From Perkinsus olseni (Eukaryota): DNA of 41,435 bases. Numbering within the stretch: position 1 is the stretch's first letter; each line of letters opens with the position of its first letter. A model generated the notes under the pieces. It was not told where the DNA came from. It worked only from the letters and a program-made list of their open reading frames with translations, and searched no databases. Location of the stretch: NCBI GenBank assembly GCA_013115125.1, contig JABANN010000300.1, positions 1 to 41,435 on the forward strand. Reading direction: 5' to 3'. This document shows, piece by piece, positions 10,601 through 22,038 of the stretch. Position numbers and translations under genes: made by a program.

Positions 10601-13600
10601 GAATTGCGTTCATACTAGCTTCACTTATCAACTGCCATTTTGTGGACTACTCGACATTCTATGTCGTTCCACTATTATGCCCCTATTCGTCCTACTACAC
10701 TCCCCACAACAAACCAGTGCAGATCCCTCCAACGATTTGCGCAGCCAAGCCTTACGAGCGCAAGCGACGAGATCCTCAGTCGTCCTCAGGGTGAGGTCCG
10801 TCCTGCCTAGCAGATCCAGTCCGGCTTGGTTGCGATAGAGCGACAGCAAATCGTCGGAGTCCAGATCCACACTGTAGCCCTTGACCTGAGCAACAAAATC
10901 TCACCCTCAACTAGCGCTGAACGACAGGCTACGAAACCCAGAGCTCCGAGAGCGATTCCAATCAGACGGCCGCCGGGATGGGCATCCACGTAGGACTTGA
11001 GGCCCCACACGAAGTTGTGGCAGCCAGGCGATTGCCGACCCATGAAGACTATGCCAATGCGCAGAGTATTGGCCTGGAACCTGGAGAGGTTTGCGTCAAC
11101 ACTAATTCGATCCTGCTAGGCTGTTCACAGGCTATAAAGGCTGCGTTTCCTCTCGAAAGCCGATCTGTCCTCGTGCTTTGAAGACGTCGGAGTGGCTGAG
11201 AGAGGACCACGACTAGCGTCCTCATGCTCAAGGACCGTCGAGAACCGCCCCACTAAGTCGTCACGATCAGAGGTTCGCCCCACTAAGTCGTCACGATCAG
11301 GGGGTTCACCTTCTTCCTCTTCTACGCAGGGAAATGTGATGTCCGTCGGTGAGGTGACATCTGGATCCGCAAAAGCCACGGTTTGAGATCGGACCTACAG
11401 TGACTCATCCAAATAATCCGGTAACACCACGCTACCCTCTTCTCCTTCACAGAGTGGGAGTGCTCTGGTAAGCGGCCATGAGCTGGCGCTGCGCCCGCGA
11501 CCTCGACCGGCACCTCTCCGGTTCGCTGCGGCTCGATACTCACGGCCGTCACGTTGCATCTGGGACATAAAGCTCGTCAAGGGATGACGAGCAACTGTGC
11601 TCACGTGTAAGGAAAAGCCAACCTCAGCAGTGGCATCGACGCCCGTCGCGGGATGTCCTCCCGATCGCTCACAATGCAAAGGCCACTCGATAGCGTCGTC
11701 GGGAGTAATGGCTGGTACCTACATCATTGTCAATAGGGGACCATTGCGTGGTGATACGAAAGTTTTCTCCCTTCCTAGTTTGGGCCGGCCTATGATGTGA
11801 TATTTCATCGACTTCCCAAAGCACAGTGCTACATACTGGCTTCGAGTGCCGATCGAGCTGTGGTCAACGAACCTACCCGGCTCTCTCAACTTGCAGCGGG
11901 GATGAGCCTCCATACCTCCAGGGGAGCGATATTATGCCGGTGCGAGTACCTGCTCCACGATCCAACCAGCGGAATGAACCGAGCGACACCAGAGCCCACC
12001 CGCGAGGAGCCCGCTACGGGAGGTCATATGAAAAAAGGTCTTCCTCGTTGGGGTGCCTGCCGGGATGCTGGGCAGCTCCATCCTTTTGATGATATCTGAG
12101 GCGCAGCCACCGCCATGCTTAATTTCAACAGAAATTTCGGAAAATTCGCCCAAGCGTTCTGTATGTTCGATTTGACTTGTAAACGATGAGAGGAAAATTA
12201 GTTCAACAAGCCGCACGAATCCCGGCTCTGTAGGGCCCTTAGATCTTCGATGTCCCAAGACGGACAGATCTCTCAGGTTCTCTCACCGAGAGAACCACTG
12301 AAAGACTCTCAGTGGCAATGAGAGCACTGCCCGGAGTCAGAGGCAACAAACGCTGGTCTTAGAACGCCGTAGAAATCGTTTCCCAATCCAATGTAGGGAG
12401 TTTGGGCGCCTCCGGTCAGGAATTATCAGGATCTCCGGTGGACCTCGCTGCTAGGATCGGAGTCGAGAGAGGTGTCATAGACGGCCGATACGGCTGCCGA
12501 CCCTCTCAATTCCAAGCTCGAATCGGAATCGGCAGAATAGCAGACGTAGTCGAATCGGTGCTACTAGCTGCTAGCCGGAAAAAGCTTTTACGCAGAGACT
12601 TTTAAATCGCATACTGACTCAGTATTACTGAGCTACCAGCGTCTCGTACGTGGGTAGCGTGACCTTGTGCTGGAACCACGTTGCTTCGTTGACCCCGGAT
12701 TGCGTGAAGTCGTCGCAAGGGCGAATCTTGTCTGTCTGTCAGACCGCGAAGCTCATTGTAACGACATATTAGCCTAACATTCGTCGAACTCCTTCCACTG
12801 AGAATGGGCCGCTTATGGTGCACGCTAGCACTTCCTCGATCGTCGCTTCAAAAGCCAGTCAAAGGTGAGGTCTGCCTGAAACTCACTGCAAAGAGATTTT
12901 CATATAACCTCCGAAGGCACCTAGCAGGTCATTGAGATCTATTTAACCTTTTAAAAAGAATACCCATCGGCGTGGGTTCCAAGAGCCATCCTAGGTGGGC
13001 GGGCTCAGTCTCTTCGGTGTGTGATCTCGAGATATCACCAGCAGCAGCAGTTTCCTCACTGGGACAGTCAGACTCTGGATCATTAGGCGACACGAGAGCA
13101 TCGCTGCTTGTATTTCGCTGCTCTCCTCGGGCTACTCCGGTGAAACCCGTGGGCTTTCATCCCCTCGGAAGTGCAGCTCCTAGCTGTTTTCGGCAGTGTC
13201 AAGCTGGTGAACCACGGCAATGGGCCAAGGAACGGCGGCAGGTCCACGCCACCCAGAACATGCAAGTATAGTACCACGCATGAGGCTGTTCCCTTATCGC
13301 CGCGGTCTTACGGCCGGCTAGCATATTTGGCGCCAACATGGCAGCCGTTGACGGAAGGCTCATGTCAGCAAATCTTTTACGGTCTCTGACGGGCTTGGGA
13401 GGATAGAGACATTACCGGGAAGTGAAGTGCGCTGCAACATCAACGGGCCATTGAAGTTCTAAGGCACAGCAGCGAGATGGACGTCTCCGAGCTCAGAAAT
13501 CCCATATAAATACAAAAGATCGGTGACAATTTCTCCTCACCTTCAGGCGGCATGTAGGCAGCCAATAAGGATATAGTCCGGCCATCAGACAAGGGCCCCT

Positions 13601-16600
13601 CGAACTGATACGGCCCTGGTTGGCGACTGTGCGTAGCCATCCTGAAGAGAAAGGAGAATCGGTGAAGCAAGGCCAACCTGTTAAGTCTCACATATCGCCC
13701 ATCCTGAGCTTGTTGTAGATGTTCATCACATGATCGTCCCGAGTCTGAAGGAGAACGCAGGATGTCTATCGCGCCATAACATTGATTCGGGAGCAGGCGG
13801 CCACGATTGCTCGTAACCGAAAAGAGCGAAGCGACGAGATCATCTACTGTCTGAGCTACGTTCAATTCTCACTACGAATACTGAATTCCTATCCATTCTG
13901 TTCATAGCATTGTTCGGCCCACAAGATCCTGACTAGAGCTGAAATAGCCTTTTCAACACTCACACAAATCTGCCTTTTCGACACCAGGAGGACTTTGGCC
14001 TCTCTCTTCAGCTTCTGGTTTGCTCGATAGACCGCCTCCTTGTTCTCAGCAATCGCCGGTATGGGAATCAGCTCGGGCTCCTTTTGCCTAAGAGAAAGGT
14101 GTGCCACGCCATTTACAAGCGACCGGGGCCGGTTACAGTCCATCCAAGCATAAAAGCCGAATAGACTCCACGGAAGTGACGGTCCACTAGAACCAGAATG
14201 AAGTCGAGTGGCGGAGGCGAAATTACGAGGCCCTGTATTCGACGCCGAGCGTTACATAATGAGAGTTACACTCTTACTTCCTCAAAAGAGGAGCCAAGGG
14301 TATACCACCAAGACCCCATTGAGTAGTGTCCTTGAGCAGGTCAGTTACGACTGCTATATAGCCATTGTATCTGGTAGTGATGAACTCCGTGCTGCGTTAT
14401 CAAGTCCACGCGACGAGCGGACGAAACGGTCTAGACCGACATGAGCCGCTGTTAAGTTCCATCCCGTTACTGATTGAAAGGAAATTTGCTGATAATGACT
14501 GCAACCTCTTTGAAAATGCTGAACGCGCTGCGTAGGATTCCAACGGCTCGGTGCTCAGATGCGTTCCATCAGATATCTTACTTTCCTTCTGGCGCCACCG
14601 CTAATGCAGCGGCAGCCTGCCCTAGGGCCCAGCCAAACTGAGAGTCGAACTTGCTCGGCAGCGGACAGCGAGCCTCCTGCCCCAGGTAGTGCACTCGGAG
14701 ACACGGTATTGGGAACTGCAAAACGTCAGTGAGGACACTAACAGGATTGACGGACAATTCACATACAACAATCAAGCGTCGCATTCTGACGGAGAACAGT
14801 TGAAATTACAAACGAGTGCCTCGGCAGATTTTGCCCAACAGTAGAGCAGTCACATTTAGTGAGAGTCGTTGATTGCTTCAACTACCCATGAAAACCTTCC
14901 GAGGTTCGTTTCGCTTCGCTGCTAACCCTCCCTCACCTCTTCCTCCATGTCTTGGATCGAATCTTCATCATAGCTCTCAGTGCCCGCTATCGAGCTCCCC
15001 CCTTGCGAGCCAGGTCTGCACGAAAACCCAGCAAACGGATCCACCAACCCTCAGTCGGCGATTGAGGAAGGCTGGCTTACCCGGAAGTCCCACCGCCAAT
15101 ATCCTTAGCAGCATTCCTTCTTCGGATGCCCTCGTTCATCACACCTGACGGATATCCCGGTCCACAAAGCCGGGGTTAAGAGTGCAACCTACGAATGTGC
15201 TCCATCACCAACATGGCAAGAAGCCTCTCAGGCTCCGTCTCCACCACGATCGGCTTGCCCTCTTTATCGTAGGCCTGTAATAACACAGAAGACGAATCGG
15301 TTAATAGTATGCCGGCCCCGTTGAAGCGGTTATTCTTCGTAACTAGGCAAAATAGTTTTCGCTGTGAGGGAACGAGCGTGGAGAATGGGCTGGTAATAAG
15401 AGTTGGGCTACAACGCTGATACCACAGAATCAGGGAAGGGATTTCATACTGTGGAATTGAGTCAATTCAATTGACGGGCAATTGTGATGGTATGCTACCT
15501 ACGTCGTTTCACCTACCTTGACTAAACGATCCTGGTCTGACCTCGGCAGCTGGATGAAGATGTCGAGGCAAGGTGGGGATAAACTGAGACAAGTCAACAG
15601 CTCCAACGGAAGAAGGATACTATAAGGGGCACAGGGGGGGGGACCCAGGAGCGATCACCGGAATGGCAGACTTACAATCGAAGGGCGTCGTCGATAGAAG
15701 GAGGCTTGTCGATATCGGGCCAATTCTGTTGGAGCTGTCGGCATTCTCGCTGAGACGACCGACTGATTCCGCTGCTAGTCGGGATCAGGCTGGCCTACCT
15801 CGAGATCGGCGAAGTGTGGCAGGAAATCATAGAATCCATCAGATATGAGAATCTGATGTTGAAGAATGCGCGACATGAATAGTGGCGGACCGTCCCCACC
15901 GTGCCGCTCCTCAGTCGATGCATTTGGTAGCGTTTTATCATCAAATTCGCCACACTCCTCACCAGACTCCTCAGTGTCTTCACTCGCCCATCCGGCCCAC
16001 ACTGGGGCAAATCCTCGGCCAGAATCGTATAAGTCGGGCGAACCTCAAATACGTTGCACAATGGGAACTGGGGTCTCTTGCGTACCATCCCCTACCTGCA
16101 GCGCCACCTCAAGTGTTGCGGTACTAGAACCGCAACGGATGAAATGGTAGTCTATATGCCTTCCGGATGAGAGGCCGTCCATTGACAGGTTTCCGGCAAA
16201 TTCACAGCTCACCTGAACGAATCCTTCACCTCACCTCGAGTGGCGGTCTTACGGTCATGGCCGAGTCAAAGCCTAGGGTTATAGGAAGCCACTTCGGTAC
16301 GTAAACCTACGAGAAGAGTAGACGATTCGGCATGAGTTACCACGACACCCACGTTGCAGTTCGGCGATTGGAAGACCGAAATAATCGACACACGTTCGGC
16401 CTCCGGCACAGTCTCGAAGTAGCAGACAAGCTGCGATACGTGCGATATCTGGGGAGAGCAGATGCGTTGTAAAGTTCAAAACGACTCACCTCTGCGGGGC
16501 CACCAGCGACGACCAGACCATGTAGGCCATACTCGTGGCAGAGTCCGTGTATTTCCTTAAAGTCGCCTTCGTCCATCGCGCGGAGGCTGCCGTAACTGTC

Positions 16601-17829
16601 GATGGGTGATATCCACAGGGGAAGATGCAAGGATGGCGGGCTATATGAACACAAGGGCGTGTGGTGTAGTGGTATCACGTCTGCTTTGCATGCAGAAGGC
16701 CCCGGGTTCAAACCCCGGCACGTCCAGCTTATGCAGCCTGACTATTTCTAGCACTTAGCGCACGCATCTGCGCTGCACCCTCTTACTCACCGTAACAGAT
16801 CTGATCCACCTTGGTTGGCGTAGCTACTGAGGTTCGGCATCTTATTCAACTCCAAGAACCTCCGACTTGCAAACCCGCTAGGGCCGTCCATGAAACCCAG
16901 CAGGCGATACTTTGCTGAAATACTCATCATCCGTATACAACCGCACACCCCACAATCGCCGTGGCCTACGAAATCTCTGCTTTAAATGGTCATTGATTCC
17001 TAGAACAACATTGTGGATGCCCGAAGCTGGGCCCCATACTCCAGTGAGCATCACTCCGATAGTCACCTGAGCATCCTAGACTCATCGATCTTCCCCCAGC
17101 TCGTTTTCTCACCTCCCGAGCGAACTCTCCAGTAGCTCCGTTCCGGTCACCACTATTCGCTCGGGGACGCAGCATAACCGGAGTGTCATGCGACCTCAGA
17201 CAGGGCCAGTCTCGGAATACTTCGGAATCCAGCTCCAGTCTGGCGTCCTCAACCCGCTCGACTACGTAGCTACTGGTCTTCTCACAGTTCACCACATCAG
17301 GGGTGAGGATACCTGAGCGGCCCGACAGTTCACCACCGTCGGCCGCGAAGCTTCCAAGACTCACGTCGTTGATTGCATAGGATCTCCATAGCGCTTCGAT
17401 TCTGGAAGCTTCGGACCGCGCAGGAATAGTCCCTCATGGAGTCCATACTGTCGTCGTACCACCTACACCACACGCGTGCGGTTCCTAATGCGTCGTGCGA
17501 GCCAGCGGAGCCCACTTGAAAGGGTAGTGGTACTCCTGCCGCGGAGGTCTCGTCTTCGTGCGAGCCTTACGAGCTCTAGAAAATTCCGAGCTGGCCGGCG
17601 GCGCACTGCCAGTCGGAGATCTGCTTGGCGCCGGTGGTTGCTCTGCCCTATCCGCGCGAACCGAGAGCTTGTGGCGTCTCTCGAACTTCCTAGGCGCATT
17701 CAAGCGCGGTCCTATAGGTTTAGCCCCGGGCTCAGTAGCGGCTCCCTGCTCCGCGGACTCCCCGGTCGAGTTCTCCCCCGGCGTCCCATTACCCCGGCCG
17801 GGAGGACTCTGAGCGGCCTCCCCCTCCAT
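7665..17829 (-). CDS. Two-domain pyrophosphate-dependent phosphofructokinase-like protein, multi-exon, catalytic motifs degenerate
   Basis: N half exons: IGVMLTG..ASGIHNVVLG, NQGGSDLL, GLHGLVVAGGPAE, TLGFDSA, HYLGQEARCPLPSKFD, RQPGPYQFEGP. C half exons: YQPLLP, MGRQSPGCHNFVWGL, YRNQAGLDLLGR, LDGVVVVGGVGT, TLGYDTA, ESELLLKSLVAQEL, QGRSAMPSNFD, VPLTSL. All follow the order of long PPi-PFK family domains. Confidence 0.85.
11246..11300. repeat. 30-bp in-frame tandem duplication in the PFK-like gene
   Basis: CGCCCCACTAAGTCGTCACGATCAG occurs at 11246 and 11276 and encodes DRDDLVGR twice. Confidence 0.9.
16655..16726 (+). tRNA. tRNA-Ala(TGC), antisense within a PFK-like intron
   Basis: Perfect cloverleaf, acceptor GGGCGTG/CACGTCC with the G3:U70 Ala identity pair, anticodon loop TTTGCAT. 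Confidence 0.95.
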
Positions 17830-17964
17830 TAAGGAGAAAAGTAAACTATCCACACGCCAGCCTATCATCAGCTAGAGGTGTCAGAATAAACAGCCTAGCA
17901 GCCTCACGACACGCCCCTCCAATTGAACAACCCCTGGCCAACAACTCCTCCAGAAACGTTCCCA

Positions 17965-20015
17965 CTACTCCCCAAAAACACCAAGTAGATCAGCGACAAG
18001 CGCCACGCCGTATCCGCTGGCTCTGCCCTCCTTCCAAGTTACCGGGAAGGCCATGTCCACGTGCAAGTAGGATGGTATCTTACCGTCCCCGCACGCAGCG
18101 CGAAGATTCTCGTAGACGAACCAACCAGCTGCAGACACGGGGGCGTCCGTCCTCACTTTCACCTGACAAGCACTGCTCCCGAAAAGGATTTCCGAGGGCA
18201 ACTTACGGAGTTAGTCAAGTCAGCAACCTCGCTCTTGAACTGCCCCTTGTGAAGCTCCGGACAGAAGATGAGGGGATGGACGAGATCTCCAGTTTTCCTT
18301 CCACTCCGGACTGCTCGTTGTTCGAGACCCTCATCGTTGGAGACGATGGCGCCGTGCAGGTGACCGGTGGCGAGGCCCGAGGCGCCCGTCAGCGTGGCCA
18401 TATCGATCACAACTTCAGGGTTAAGGTGCTTGGCCGCATACGCCACCCCATCAGCGAGTAGGAGTCTCCCCTCGGCGTCGGTGTTGTTGATCTCAACCGT
18501 GAGGCCCGAGTACATCTTGATAACGTCATCCACCCGGTAGGAGAACGGACCAACGGCGTTTTCGGCGAGGCACTCGACAAGATGCAAGGGTTTGCCCGTA
18601 TTCCCACCGCATTGAATCGCTGACATGAAGGCGCCCAGAAGGCCAGCAGCACCTGAGAGGGCGAACTAGGTAATCAGGGTGAGCACTATCCTCCCATGCA
18701 AACCACCCAGGTTCAATTCTACCCACCTCCCATATCGGTCTTCATCCCCCGCATATTATCTGAGCTCTTAATCGAGAGCCCTCCAGTGTCGAAGGTAATC
18801 CCCTTCCCGACCAGCACCATCCCTGGCTCCCCCTCCTGCGCCCCTTCAGGATACCACGACAGCCGCACCAAAGCCGGTGGACTGCCCACTGAGCCTTTCC
18901 CAACATTCCAGATTCCACCGAAACCCCCGTCCCTCAGCTCTTCGGCCCGTATAACTTCCAACCGCACATCATGGCCCGATCTCCTCAGCTCATCCGCGAT
19001 CTTATCACACAGCCCCGTATACGTAACGGGATTGATATAGTTCGGCGGCATATCCACCAGAGCCGCAGCCGTCCGGATATTTTCAGCGACTCTTCCGATT
19101 TTTTCAGACAGCCGTGGCGCTACTCCCCCAGCCGCCTTACTCCACAGGCTGGCACTGACCGCTCCTCGACCCTCCGCCTTTCCCTTCTCTCCATACAGCG
19201 GCGCTGCTCTCGCTACGGCTAGACCGCTCGCTATCAGATCTTCCTCTTTCTCGGCGACAGCGATCACTCTAGCCGCTCGCGAGCTGCACAGGTCACCCTG
19301 CTCAGCCAACAGTTTTGTCACTTGGTCGGGCCGCGCTCTGGCGTTAAACCTCGAGCTCTCATCAGGCACCTTGAGCACCACGAGTTTCGTCAGCTCCCCC
19401 TCTCCGTCAAGGCACTCGAGTGCCACTGTAAAATTCGGAGCCGAATCTTTTGCGTCGTCCTGAGCCTTGATGAACCTCTCCAGATGAGGTTGCACCTCCT
19501 TGGGGGCGAACGGCAAGAACCCCTCAAGGGCCGCCAGCTGGCCCACCACGCCCAGGGTGCCGATTCTCTCGGCACCGAGAGAGACATCACCGTGGAAGTT
19601 GATTTCACCACGACTACCGAACAGTACGTTATTAATCTTAGCGGTGGCCTGCGAGTGGTCAGTGGAGGGATCCATCAACCATGGGGTTTTCTCAGAGACT
19701 TTGCCGGCGACCTGAGTTAAGATAAGATACTGCGCGGCCTAGGGAGTTGAACACTTGCAGATCCGAGCTGCCAACCACGATCACTTCAATCCGTTACGAA
19801 GGAGGGGAACCCAAAGTGAATGGCAAGGGGGACCTTGACAAAATGTTCTCCCGAACTCAGCTAGCGAAGGGATCCAATGACGAAAATGAAAGACGATAAT
19901 CAGCCAATTCCGCTTCCCTGAATACTACCTTAGACGAGGCGAGAGCTCCGAAAGAACGCCCGAAAGAAGGTTTGAACGAGAGTGACGGAGCGAGCCGCAG
20001 CGTCGAGATGGCCAT
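17965..20015 (-). CDS. M17 leucyl aminopeptidase (NPEPL1-like) with putative mitochondrial presequence exon
   Basis: Motifs VGKGITFDTGG, MKTDMGG, NTDAEGRLLLAD, DMATLTGA, LHVDMA and GRASGYGVAL. Exon 20015-19929 (MAISTLRLAPSLSFKPSFGRSF...) splices in frame to 19711. Confidence 0.93.
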
Positions 20016-20523
20016 GGAAACAGGAGAGGCAGTCTGGGTGGAATAAGGTGGCTTCCCCAAAGGCCCTGTCTCTGACTTCCGCCGATCACCGGACCATAAG
20101 CAGGAACAGAACCAACGAGACAGAGGCAATGCCATATTTGCCACGATGAGATCAAGGGCAGGTCCGTCTTTTTAGTGCGACCCACATTCAGGATAGCTTA
20201 CACGCGCAGCGACAGCGCCTTCGAAGCTACGGTAGGGACCAACTGTCCCAGTGGGTCCGTCATCCTCACTCCACTACGCTGCCCTTTTAGATTGTTAGCT
20301 GCTAAAGCAACAAGAAGCTGCTCACCGCAGAAGAGTGACTTCAGCTTCGTATTAGTCAACCGAGAACGTCGACCCTGACCATGGGCATCTCATCAGGCCC
20401 ACTCTAAAACCAGGCCCCCCACCAGAACCTCGCGAGTCGAGCGAGAATGGCCCTGCGGTTTGTAACTATCACTCCGCTGCCTGCAAAACACGGAGACCGT
20501 CATCGGTCACGACTATAAACGCC

Positions 20524-20603
20524 TGACAGCTGTGGGGTTCGAACCCACGCCCTTTCGGACTGGCGCCTTAAGCCAGCGCCTTAGACCACTCGGCCAAACT
20601 GCC
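20524..20603 (-). tRNA. tRNA-Leu(AAG)
   Basis: Complete cloverleaf, acceptor GGCAGTT/AGCTGTC, anticodon loop TTAAGGC, TTCGAAC T loop. Confidence 0.95.
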
Positions 20604-20807
20604 GATGTACACTTCAGACTTAACAGAGGAGAATTCATATCAAGACAGCCGTAAGGCATGTCCCAACCGCCCATCCCCGTCTCTCCTTTACTCACAATAA
20701 GCCGGCCAAAGTTTCACCCCACTTTAGTCAGTACTAAACGCGAGCCTCGAGGAGAGTATGAACACACGACCACATCCCGAGTGTCGCTCATTACACGGTA
20801 CATGACG

Positions 20808-21664
20808 TCAACTCCCAGCTGCCTCCCCGCCGCCCTCCTCGTCCGCCCATTTCCACGGCTTTCCAGTACCTACCAAGACCAGCAATCCCCCTTCCTTCTT
20901 CGTCCCTGTACTACAGTTCTGCACAACCACCAAAATATACTCTGCCCCCGTGACGGCGATGATCTCCGTTCCCTCTTTTGTCCGCATCCTGAAGTTGGTC
21001 AGATCTGAATCGTTCCCAGGCCCAGAGTTGGCTACAGGAGGGACCTGACATTGGAACACAATCCGCGAGGATCTTCGCTATCGAAGAGCGGTACAACTGT
21101 ACGGGGAATCTGGGGCGCGCGCACATCGCCTGTTCAAGCAATCCCGTAGCGCTGTTCGGAGAGTACCCTCACCCATAGTGCAGAACGAGAATGTGCTTCC
21201 CCAGTTCAGAGTACAACGCCGTCGCTGGCTGAGTAAGAGTCGAAGCCGATGTCATGCTAGCAACCTCACAACAACCTCTATTATTCTATTAGACTACTAG
21301 GTATTAATAAGATATCCTCAAATACGATATTTGTCTTTGAAATGGATGAACATGTATCTCGGATTAACTCTGCCAGTACCATAAATGCCGCAAACCGCCG
21401 GCTCACCACAGCGCCAGGCGCTCCCGACTGCAGCAGCTCCCGCATGCACTTCTTAGCCTTCATGTAAAACTCAGAGATCAGCTGCGCGTACATCACCGCC
21501 TTCTCATAGGGCATGCCTGAACGGCCGATACCTCACTACCGCTCGCCCGAATCCTTATTACGATCATGGTACTTCACAGGGATGCCATCCGAATTGAGGA
21601 CGACATAACCGATGGTCGTGGGATTGTCGACTATCTGATGAAGGATCGTATCTACGTCGGACAT
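20808..21664 (-). CDS. Roadblock/LC7 dynein light chain family protein, about 4 exons
   Basis: MSDVDTILHQI..IGYVVLNSDGIPVK, AVMYAQLI..MKAKKCMREL and NDSDLTNFRMRTK..EIIAV..EYILVVVQN match the roadblock consensus. GT-AG joins are in frame. Confidence 0.88.
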
Positions 21665-22038
21665 ATTACCAAAGAGGTACTGAGTACCAACTGACGAGAC
21701 ACGAAGATACGCAGCCACAGCAGTGAGGCGAACTCTCAGAAAAAGAAACCTGTCTCTGAAAAAAGTCAGAGAGGGACGAAGGTTCAGCAGTGCTGACCAG
21801 GAGTCGATTACTTCCTATACCCCCTCTTTCCTCAGACCAGCAATACCAAATTTTGATGGACAAAATCGATAGCTGTTTCGCCCGAAAAGACAATCGATGC
21901 CCCGAAGCCTTGTCAATAAACGCAACGAGGACCAATACGCAGAAATAATAATGTACCGTGGCTGATCTCCTCTCACCGAGCCATGTTTTCAACCGTCAAC
22001 TTCGTGCACGTAAATTATACATCCCTTTAATATACCAA

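Noticed and set aside
11950..14580. Idea that the two PFK-like regions are separate genes split by an insertion
   Set aside because: The intervening region carries PFK motifs (RQPGPYQFEGP) in the expected order, favouring one two-domain gene.
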